This document shows, piece by piece, positions 35,901-46,266 of a stretch of 64,000 bases of DNA (position 1 is the stretch's first letter; each line of letters begins with the position of its first letter). The translations under genes and the position numbers were made by a program. Source of the stretch: Raillietiella orientalis (lineage: Eukaryota); NCBI GenBank assembly GCA_036172245.1, contig JAYWIR010000027.1:1984001-2048000 (forward strand), in the 5' to 3' direction. A model generated the notes under the pieces. It worked only from the letters and a program-made list of their open reading frames with translations, had not been told where the DNA came from and made no database searches.

Positions 35901-38807
35901 ATGGAGCGGTCCCTTCCCTCTGCGGATGACCCTCTATTGCGTACCATTGAGCAGGATGGATACCCCTTTCCCAGGGGCTGTCTCTCCAGAGTGTAAGAAG
36001 CGCGTGGCACTCTTCGTTCGGGGAGCAGCTTTTGAGAAAACTGGACTCGTGTCATCGAGGTGGTTTCTCCGAAGGAGGAAACGAAGACCTTGCCCTTCCT
36101 GGGAGGGTTCCCTTCTTAGAAATGAGGGGTGAGGTCCCATTAGAGTTCTTTTCCCAGCGTAAGAGGGAAGGACTCTTTGGTCCGCAACCTTCCTCGATTC
36201 GTCGGGTGGTCTTTTTGGGGCCTCCGCCTGACAAGTGGAGTTACGCGCACCTTCTGGTGACGTGGTCCATGTTGGAGGAGCTCCGTGCGCCCCCCGCAAG
36301 AAGGCGAGAGGTTCTTCAGCGCTTGGCGCCCACCAAAAGGAAGAACAAAAGCCGGAAGGAAAGCAGGGAAAGCAGCAGCAGAATCCGAAAGGAATGTCCA
36401 TCGTCGTTTGCGGTGGTTCGCCTACGTGGAGTGGTCCGTGTCTATCCGCATGAGCAGCGCGATGCATCCGCAGACGGTTCAGCGAATGGCGGCGAGGTAC
36501 CGCGGAATTGCACGCGCACCACCTGCAGACCGCGGGCGTATTCCGCAACGTGTCCGGTGTTGGGCCGTGGGCCGCGCTCGCTCGTTCTGCCACCCAGTGG
36601 TTTGGGGGATTCGCGTCTCTCCACGGCGTGAGGAGGGTCGGCAGAGGAGGACGCAAATCCGGAGAGAGGCACGGCACTTCTCTTGCACTTTCAGATTGAG
36701 GATGTTCTTCTAGTCAACCAGAAATTTTACTCAGTGAGGAGATGCATTGAGCCCTTACTGATGCGGTTTCCTTATATATCCTCCATCGGACTATCCCCTG
36801 GTTTGACTGTTGGGGAGGACCACGGAAATTGCTCATGGTTTTGCAGCATCGCTTCTATGTATCCAGATCTTCCTCCGACTTTCTCGTTGGATTTCGACAG
36901 GTAACAGGCGCGCCGGAAACAGCAGGCCGTTGGCGCTGCGGTGCCAGCAAGCGCTTTGCCGTACCGGCCTTCGTGACGGCTTCGCTTCACCGCCGTTCCG
37001 CGTGAGAACAGCGGTTAAGGACGCTTCCCACATGAGGATTGCAGGACAAGGGGATCGCGTACGGGATAACGTCAGCGAGTTGCAGTCTTGTGTTTGTGGG
37101 AGAGTCGTCCCGGAAGGGCCGCCTGTTGGTAATACGGAATGCAGCAGAATTCGCCTGCTTGCGCCCGCAGGGAAGCTTTTCTCCCAAAGCAATGTTCTAG
37201 CCGCTGCGCGTTCGCATCCATGGGTTTGCGGTTTCCGCTTTCCGAGATCAGATGGCGTGCGCACGGTTTGCGACGAAGGTAGCATCGCTGTCGGCTCTGC
37301 AGGCACTGACGCACTTCCCTCGCATCTGGGTTGGGTCTTCAGGGAGCGTCCGCTTGTGCTCTTGAGGAGAACCAACCGCAGGAAAGGATTCTTCTGCTCC
37401 CCGTGGGCTGGAAGGGGAATGCAAGGGTCAGTGTGGATGCGGTGTGGGGAACGGGTGGGAACCGCACATGAGGCTGAGAGGACTGCAGTTGCGGAGAAAT
37501 AATTGCTACTGAAGGAACCGCACGCACAGGATTTCGGACCAGGGAAAAGCCAGGTCACCCGCGCAACAATCCTCTAGCTGGAAGCTGGACCGCCAGCGAA
37601 GTCTGCTATGACTCTTGATACCCTCTTCCTGGGTCCTGGGACTGCTGGCGCGCCCCCTCGCGCGCGAGAAGCAGGCAGCCTATGCCCGCGCCCTCATCTC
37701 CAGCTGGGGACCACGGTGGCTCTGCCGAGAGCCACGAGTACGCCGCATCCGGGAAGGATCCCGCCGTTCGGCTACGGCGGGTGCGTCGGGGCCTGCAAGC
37801 GCGCACGGCTCTGCACCCGTTTGTCCCCGATCAAGGGCGGACTCAGAAAGGCCAAAGAGCCGGTGAGCAGCGCAGCGCGTAGCTTTCGCCACGCGTCGTC
37901 CAGGACAACTCGCACGTGCGCAGCACTCAAACGTCACCACATTCGCCGCATACGACCCGTGGGTGGTGCCGACGTTTCCCGCCGTCCTCTCGTTGAGATG
38001 GGTTCGTTCCGCGCTCGAGTCGGAACTCCTCTCCCCAGGCACTGCGGGAGGGAATGCGAGTGCCGTCCACTAATGTCGGATGCTTTCCGCGTACTTTGCA
38101 GCCTCCTACGGGGGAATAGAGCAGGGTATTTGGTGTTGGGTCGTGCCGATAGGCTGGGATCGGGCCAGCTGCTAACCATCAGCGTTGGCAACGAATCCAA
38201 GTGGACGTTTCCGGTGCAGAAGTGAGTGTTGTCATGGTCTTTCCGAAGGCGTCTTCTTCCAAGTAGAAACTTCCCTCCCCAGGGTGATGGTGAACTCGGA
38301 AGAGATCTGCAAGGATGGGTGCATTGCGGATGTCGAGTTGGACTTTATGGGCATCGGTCTTTCTCGAACCGATTACGAGGTTTTCCAAAAACTGAGTCAG
38401 ACGAAGATGGTTCCTGTTGCCGAAAAGAGTGATTTAGAGAGAGATGTGGCTGTTACCGGAGACGGCGTGGACGAGGAAGATGAGGTAAGTGGGGAATTCT
38501 GGGGCCCTTGATTTCATGGGGTACGCCAGGGGTCTTGTCTTGCGCTTGAGAGTGCTCCCAAGCTCTCCCTGACTGTGGAAGGGCGAAAGTTGGATTTAAC
38601 TCCCAAAGACTACTACTTTGAGGTGAGTTGGTCGACGCGTCCAGGATACGCAACGGGGAAAGATTTCAGCCCGGCAAAGCTTCGTGCAACTCCTTGGTGA
38701 ACTCGCATCACCCTGAGGACGGCAGGATCGTGTTGGGGGCGGCTTTCCTGAATCGCTATCATGCGGTGTTCAACTTGGAGCAGAAGACGATCAGCATGTA
38801 TATTTGA
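33000..38807 (+). CDS. Secreted pepsin-like (peptidase A1 fold) pseudo-protease, copy 1, 406 aa
   Basis: Nine phase-consistent GT-AG exons: 33000-33064 (signal peptide MKALILALLLTQSRTLFG), 34106-34283 (Thr-rich, ...IKIPIWKKNN), 35186-35288, 35343-35458, 36695-36900, 38102-38221, 38283-38484, 38530-38622, 38670-38807. Total 1221 nt, no internal stop. Colinear A1 landmarks: LDLHVG, VNQKF, IGL, TFSLDF, GYLVLG, WTFPVQKVMV, ICKDGCIA, PKLSLTVEGRKLDLTPKDY, IVLGAAFLNRYHAVFNLEQKTI. AATAAA at 38977. Confidence 0.88.
35615..36190 (+). mobile_element. Diverged SINE in intron 4 of the pepsin-like gene (identical mirror copy at about 47593-48168, minus)
   Basis: Head cgtggcaccgagcgtcgggggtgcgaatccc matches the 14478 head. 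Body includes ggagtcga, gtaccattgagc and ctctccagagtg. Confidence 0.6.
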
Positions 38808-39210
38808 AGAGGTTCCCTTGGAGCACGGTGTCCTTTCGGCGTGCACCTGGTTGGGGTGCCCGTGGCGCACGGTTCGGCGCGCGGATTGTGCGCGCTATCG
38901 CCGGCCGTGCATGCGTCCACGTGGCTCCACTGTCTACAAACGTGTGCTGTGGGGTTGCATACGAGCTTGCACAGGGAATAAAAGTATCTCAAACATGCGG
39001 TTCGGGGATGAATGTGCTGCTTGAACGGTACACCTGGAGCGTGACATTTGGTTCCGTTTTCTTCCGGCGTGACGACTGTCCGTAGGTGATTTCGATACGT
39101 GACCGGGACTGTTCAGCAGTGCGTGGCAGCGGTGGATGGTCGGTGAGTTCGGTCCACGCTGAAGAGTTCACCTTCTGAGAGAGGCCTTTTTGTTGGAACT
39201 CTGCGCACGT
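37591..39210 (+). repeat. Inner inverted-repeat arm B (partner 44647-46266)
   Basis: Position + partner = 83857. Identical ORF translations (38185..38511/45346..45672, 38804..39085/44772..45053). Mismatches seen only in the terminal 20-30 nt at each end. Confidence 0.98.
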
Positions 39211-40199
39211 CCATTGCAGCGGCTGGAGAAATGTGTGAGCGTCGCTGTTCGTGAGCTCTTTTGGGAATGTTTAGGGTAACTTTTTTGTTTTCGAGAGTTT
39301 GTTGTTCTGCGGCTGGAGCTTTGCATGCTGCTGAGGATCAATGGATGCCTGGAACTCTGTCCATTTTTCCCGTTTGCTGCCTTTTTAATTTAATCTAGGA
39401 GGAAGACTAAGGGACTGTACATTGCCCTTGAGTTGGCTGATCCAGCAGCAGAATTTCTCGCGCTGGTAGCCTAACATATGTGCCATACGGCCGTTTGCCG
39501 AGGTCTACTAGAAGAGTGGACAGCTAAGTGCGTTGAAAACCTCACACAGTTGAAGAATGGTCGGCTACAAGCTGCCCCTTTTCTTGCAGTGCATCCATTT
39601 CGCATTTGTCGGTTTGTGCGTCGGAACAGAGCTTTTGGAGTTGCTGGTAATGTGAGTGGGTTCTGGGTTGGGGGGCGTGAAGCGCTTGCTGCCTCTGACC
39701 CTGCCGAAGAGTGGGTGCACCTGCCGTCCCAAGTCCATCGCAATTCATTGTTTTCCTTGATATGGCGTAAATAGGAAGAGTTCGTGTGGAAATCTCCTCC
39801 GTGGTTTTTGGCCTCTGCTACCTTCCCTCTGGTTTCATCATCCCTTAATGGGGTTGCTATGCAGTCAGTGGTTCTAGTGGGCAGACGCGTCTTTTCTGAG
39901 AGACGTCAAGAAGGGAAGAAAGCGGGGAGCTTCGTAGGGTGAGGTGCCGCCACGTGTCGAAAGAAGCCTGCAGGAGTTCTTTAGCGGGAAATCAGGGAGA
40001 AGGAGGAGGAGGAGGATGGCCGGGTTGCGCAGCCGCCTACCATGGGATCTGCCTCGAGCGGTCGCTCTGGGGTCGTCGGGCCAAGCAACTAATTCTCCCC
40101 CATACGGAAAGTCTTCCTCAGGAGTCCTCTGCGATGGGCGGTTCCCCCTCCAAACCGCCTGCCAATGCTGGGGACTTGCAGTGCGCACGGTAAGGGCAA

Positions 40200-40880
40200 G
40201 GGTCTTCCGCATCCTCCCTGATCCGTGTCTCTGCAACCCGTTCCTCTCACTCTGGGGGGGATTCTCGAAGGGAACAGCCACCATGATTGTCTCCTAAGGG
40301 AACTACCCCTTCTTTGTTCCTGTAGGGGCTGCTTCTTGTTTCTTCTCCGAAGGGGACCCGGAAAGAATCCGCTAGTGGAATCTCTTCTCTGAAGAAATCC
40401 CCACTCCTTGTTTACTTCTCTGAAGATAAACGCCGAAGGGACGCCTCCTTATTCCTCTGAAGGACGCTCCCTGAAGGAAGTGGCGCACTTCTTGGCACTC
40501 CGGAGAGGTCATCAATCCACCAGCTCCGTGGTGCGAGATGCGGGGCCCTCTCCCCCGAGGGAGAAAGGACGGCTACATCTTCAGCACCGGGGTGGAACCC
40601 CGAAGGACTCCTCGATTCCTGTCAGGACCCTGGAGGAGTGTCGACTTCCCATCCCAGCCAGTCGACGGGGAGGGGGGCATACGGGGGTTTCCAGTTTCCA
40701 CTAGTGCCTCCGCATCCGAAGCTCGTGGACCAACCAGCATCATCCTGCGGGGCGGAGACTCGAAACCCATGACTAACCTTCCCCCTCATCCCAATTCTTG
40801 GCGTCGATGGTCCACGTTGGGATTCGAACTTGCAACTCTTGGCGCCACACGCGGCGGCGACCGCAACCGCTGATACGGGC
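40200..40880 (-). mobile_element. tRNA-derived SINE in the palindrome spacer
   Basis: Minus-strand B-box gttcgaatccc (about 40819-40829). Body cttctccgaaggggacccggaaagaatccgctagt and ggagaggtcatcaatccaccagctcc. Confidence 0.75.
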
Positions 40881-42759
40881 GGGCTTAGCTCTGACGCAAG
40901 CAGCCTGAGAGCCGTCACCTCCCCTCCTCGAGATCCTTGGGTTTTCGGCCGTATCGGCTCTCGGAAGGCCTCTCGAGGGACGAAATGTGCCGCCCTCAAC
41001 GCGCGCAAGCGATCCCGGATGCCGAGCACGGAACTTCACGGTGCGGCAGCAAGTGGGACTGCGCTTGGGGAATCTAGGGGTTATGGTCGAGAAGCTGCCG
41101 GGTGCCGTTGCAGAAGTCTCGAGATCATCTCACAGGAACAATCGGGCTCAGACAACGCGCGGCAAAAACAAAACGGGGGGAAGACGTAAGAGATCTGGCG
41201 ACGCCCTTACCAGTCGAGAACCCCACGAAGAAGGGGGGGTGGGGGAATTCTTTTTTCTTACATGGGACGTGGCAGGGATGCACGCTTGCCATATCGACTC
41301 AGCACCGCTCCCTCTGGGAAGGCGGGCGGACGTCGGACCGATAGGGAAAAAGTAAGCAGCGCGTTAGAAGCTCGAGAAGTATTGCGCTGGAGTGACCGAC
41401 TCGATGGCCCGTGGCGACGTAACTCGCGAATCTTGCAAGCATCAAACTCCATCCTAAGTGTCATTGATTTCGTCATCCCTGGGATCCGAAGGCAACGGCG
41501 ACTGTTCGCTCCATCCCGAAGTCGCGCGCGCTCCCGGCCACTCCACAGCAGCGCCGGGGACCTGCCACACTTGACCTCGGAGAAGCGGGCTCGAACCAGG
41601 GTTGGCGCACAAGGACCCGGAGCACGTCGTCGTCGCTTCGTCCAGGGTGGCGGCGAGCGCTACGGCCACGCTAGGTGGCACGGCGCGTCGCCATTGCCTC
41701 CTCGACATACCGAAGCAGCAGTCCGAGTTCTCTTGAGCGTCTTGCCGCTGCTCACATGAGGAGGGATCTCGCGCTTCCTCAGAAGACAGGGCTCCTGCGA
41801 CGGCAAACGGGAGAGACCGTTTCCTTCCTCTTTCCTCTTCATAGCCCCTGATTCGGGACCGCCTCTCCTCCCTCGCATAGGCAGGAGTGTGTCGAGTAGG
41901 AAGGCTCCAGGCTTTTCTTCGAAAGCAGAAAGTAAGGTAGAATCTTGGCCTCCTGGGACTGTTCGGTTTGTGTCGTCCCTGTGGATGTTTTTTTTTTTTT
42001 TGATCTGCTTCCATAGTGACCAGATGGTTGTGCCTCCAGGCAAAGAAGATCGACTTCCGCACGATCGCGCGATCCGGGACGACCACTAGTGCGTCGAGGA
42101 CCCGCCTTGCACGTTCGCCGTTGCTCCTTGCGGGCGACACCCGCAAGAGGGAGACGAGGCCTGTACAAAAATCGCGTGGGTGTACGAAGCTGTCCCCACA
42201 GGCCAGGGACCACGCCGTGCTTCCTTGCATTGGGATAGAATTTGTTCCCAAGGCAAGTTCACGCCTCCTGCCTTTCACCAGAGGTGACTCCCCGGATTCC
42301 GTTCCTAATCCAGCATCTTCCGATGCCGAGAACCCTTGAAAATCTCACCCCGTCCCACCAGATGCTTGGAGACCTGCTCACCCGCTTGCTAAGCGCCCCA
42401 CTGCTTGGGTCGGTCGTCCTTTCGGACGAAGTACCCTCCGAGGTCTGCGCTCGAGGTTGCTGGCCGAGTTCCTCTTGTGGCTGCCGAGCGTAGAATGGTC
42501 CTATGGAAGTCCACGAAGACTCGATCCGGAAGTGCTGGAGGCTGGAGGGAGCTGTGCAAGGCTATCTCGCCGGTCTTGTGGACGGAGATGTCCCTTTGCA
42601 GAGGAAAAAACAAAATCTGCCAAGCAGCCCAGAAACGGCAAGCCAATCCTGCCTTCAATCTCTTGCAGCATCGGGGTACATCTACGTGGAGAAACGTGCC
42701 CTGGCCACGGTAGTTTTATGCGCAAAGAAAGCCGAAAACCGGATTCCTCGTGTCGACTG

Positions 42760-43020
42760 ACCAAGAATGTATGTCAACCCCCCTACGGGGCCCTTTTAGG
42801 AGTTCTCCTGGGTTTCCCTACTGTTGTGCGAACGGCAACATCTTCCTTACCTCCCCCCACCCCCCCTCCGGGGGAAAGGCCCCTCCGTCGCACCATGGAA
42901 CTGATGGATATCTCCCTCGGGAAGTGGTTGCCTCTCCAGAGTGTCAAAGAGCTCCCTTCAGAGGAGTGGCAGGGAGCGATTGCCTTGCGGTTCCTCCGGA
43001 GAACAAATCCCAAGCAGGAA
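42760..43020 (+). mobile_element. SINE internal fragment
   Basis: caccatggaactgatggat...cctctccagagtg...ggttcctccggagaacaaat is the reverse complement of the family body. Confidence 0.55.
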
Positions 43021-44646
43021 GTCCGGAGCTTTCAGAGCATTCTGATCCTGAGATCTGCGAAGGAAATGGTTGTTGTAAACCGCCATATGCTCTCTCCGTG
43101 TCCAAAGAGAAGAGGTCTGAAGTGTGAGACTGACCTTTGCACATTTCCTTCAGGGGTTCCAAGACATCCCACAAAAAAAAAGAACGGAAACTTGCAGGCA
43201 TTTTCTTTAGGAAAAAAAAAAGCTGATTTTTAAAATTAGAAAAAAAAATGGCAGCCAGCAGAAAACTCTTCTCCGTGTGACGTCTGCTTTCACCTGGAGA
43301 ATTCCGTTGCTTTCCGGACCGTCAGTGCTGGGTTGGCCTCAGAAAAGGAGAAAATAAAAGGAACGAGAGATACGAGCATCAGCTTCCTTTTGTCGAGCGG
43401 AAGATGCATTCACGTGACAGAGAGGGGACGAAGACGGCAACGCTGACCGGGAAACTCGCGCGAACCCTTTCCTCCACAGCTCGTTTGGATGTCCCGATTT
43501 TTCGACATTTCCCTGCTTGCGGCTGTCTTTCGTCAGGGGATCCAAATAAATCATTCGCACCCAGACTTCAAAGAGCGCACCTTTGTCTTGGCTAAAAGAA
43601 GGCTTCCCAAGGACACTGCCAAGAAATCATCTGAAATCATCCTTCAATCCTGCAATCCCCCTTCTTCCGCGAAACGTGCACCCACGCCAACCTGCTCCTG
43701 CGTTCACCCAGGGGCACAGCTGCAGAAAGAATCCCATCCAACAGATGTCCATAAGAAACACCTTGAGGAGCGCAGTTGCTTTGCAGATGGACGCTTCTGT
43801 TGAAGAAGCGTCCATCGAGGATCGCAGCATCTTGTGGGGAGTTTTCATTCGGAAAGGAAGCAGGTATTCCAAATAAAGAAACAAATACAAAGCATTTATT
43901 TTTCTCAGAAGGGGTTTCCATCGCACTTTTCCGTTAGAATCCCGCTAGGAAAGGCGTGTCGACGGGATATCTCCGTTTGCTTACGTCTCTTTTTCAGGAT
44001 TCCCTATTAAAACGGGAGACAAAGCAGCGTTGCGCAAACGGAACAAGCGTGCACGTCTTAGCGGGCAATAGTCCTCTTTGGTAAGGGAAGGACGAAGGCG
44101 AGGGGAACGTGAGCGCTTTCAGCAGAGGGCCCGCGTTCCTCTAGCCATCAAGACTAGAGGACAGCGGCGCAGCTCTTCGAAGGAATCGGGTCTCCCCAGC
44201 TGTCGAAGCGGATGCTTTCCTCATCCGAGACAAAGGTCAGGGAACTGTCTTCTTCCGCTCAGATACAGTTCACCTCTTGTCCCTTAAGAAAGGGCATTCG
44301 AAGCCAACAGGCAACCTGAAAAGTCCCGAGCAGCCGCGAGCTGGTCAATGTAAGACCACCAAAACGACATCCATCTCACAGAAACCTGCGTCAGCATGCA
44401 TTGGAAAGTGAAGGACAATAACCACATCGTCAGCAAGCAACACGATCCTAAGACGGAAGACTTTGTGAAGACCACGAACCAAGCGCCCAAGGGAGTGTTG
44501 ATCTGTGGGAATGAAGCACTCCGTTCAAATAGCGCTTCATAAGCCTTTCCCTAGAAAAAGAAAGTTCCCGAAAGGACGTACACAAACAAACCATAACTCG
44601 TTCAACTCCGTATCCCACTTTTATTCGTACAACAGAACGGCTGTCC

Positions 44647-46266
44647 ACGTGTGCAGAGTTCCAACAAAAAGCCCTCTCTCAGAAGGTGAACTCTTCAGCG
44701 TGGACCGAACTCACCGACCATCCACCGCTGCCACGCACTGCTGAACAGTCCCGGTCACGTATCGAAATCACCTACGGACAGTCGTCACGCCGGAAGAAAA
44801 CGGAACCAAATGTCACGCTCCAGGTGTACCGTTCAAGCAGCACATTCATCCCCGAACCGCATGTTTGAGATACTTTTATTCCCTGTGCAAGCTCGTATGC
44901 AACCCCACAGCACACGTTTGTAGACAGTGGAGCCACGTGGACGCATGCACGGCCGGCGATAGCGCGCACAATCCGCGCGCCGAACCGTGCGCCACGGGCA
45001 CCCCAACCAGGTGCACGCCGAAAGGACACCGTGCTCCAAGGGAACCTCTTCAAATATACATGCTGATCGTCTTCTGCTCCAAGTTGAACACCGCATGATA
45101 GCGATTCAGGAAAGCCGCCCCCAACACGATCCTGCCGTCCTCAGGGTGATGCGAGTTCACCAAGGAGTTGCACGAAGCTTTGCCGGGCTGAAATCTTTCC
45201 CCGTTGCGTATCCTGGACGCGTCGACCAACTCACCTCAAAGTAGTAGTCTTTGGGAGTTAAATCCAACTTTCGCCCTTCCACAGTCAGGGAGAGCTTGGG
45301 AGCACTCTCAAGCGCAAGACAAGACCCCTGGCGTACCCCATGAAATCAAGGGCCCCAGAATTCCCCACTTACCTCATCTTCCTCGTCCACGCCGTCTCCG
45401 GTAACAGCCACATCTCTCTCTAAATCACTCTTTTCGGCAACAGGAACCATCTTCGTCTGACTCAGTTTTTGGAAAACCTCGTAATCGGTTCGAGAAAGAC
45501 CGATGCCCATAAAGTCCAACTCGACATCCGCAATGCACCCATCCTTGCAGATCTCTTCCGAGTTCACCATCACCCTGGGGAGGGAAGTTTCTACTTGGAA
45601 GAAGACGCCTTCGGAAAGACCATGACAACACTCACTTCTGCACCGGAAACGTCCACTTGGATTCGTTGCCAACGCTGATGGTTAGCAGCTGGCCCGATCC
45701 CAGCCTATCGGCACGACCCAACACCAAATACCCTGCTCTATTCCCCCGTAGGAGGCTGCAAAGTACGCGGAAAGCATCCGACATTAGTGGACGGCACTCG
45801 CATTCCCTCCCGCAGTGCCTGGGGAGAGGAGTTCCGACTCGAGCGCGGAACGAACCCATCTCAACGAGAGGACGGCGGGAAACGTCGGCACCACCCACGG
45901 GTCGTATGCGGCGAATGTGGTGACGTTTGAGTGCTGCGCACGTGCGAGTTGTCCTGGACGACGCGTGGCGAAAGCTACGCGCTGCGCTGCTCACCGGCTC
46001 TTTGGCCTTTCTGAGTCCGCCCTTGATCGGGGACAAACGGGTGCAGAGCCGTGCGCGCTTGCAGGCCCCGACGCACCCGCCGTAGCCGAACGGCGGGATC
46101 CTTCCCGGATGCGGCGTACTCGTGGCTCTCGGCAGAGCCACCGTGGTCCCCAGCTGGAGATGAGGGCGCGGGCATAGGCTGCCTGCTTCTCGCGCGCGAG
46201 GGGGCGCGCCAGCAGTCCCAGGACCCAGGAAGAGGGTATCAAGAGTCATCGCAGAGTTCGTTAGCG
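44647..46266 (-). repeat. Inner inverted-repeat arm B'
   Basis: Reverse complement of 37591-39210. Confidence 0.98.

Larger units (their letters stand above)
31240..36915 (+). repeat. Outer inverted-repeat arm A (partner 46868-52543)
   Basis: Position + partner = 83783 throughout. Six-frame ORF translations are identical in both arms (e.g. 32158..33711/50072..51625, 35177..35695/48088..48606). Exceptions are single substitutions near 31247 and 31376 and the divergent tract from 36734. Confidence 0.98.
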
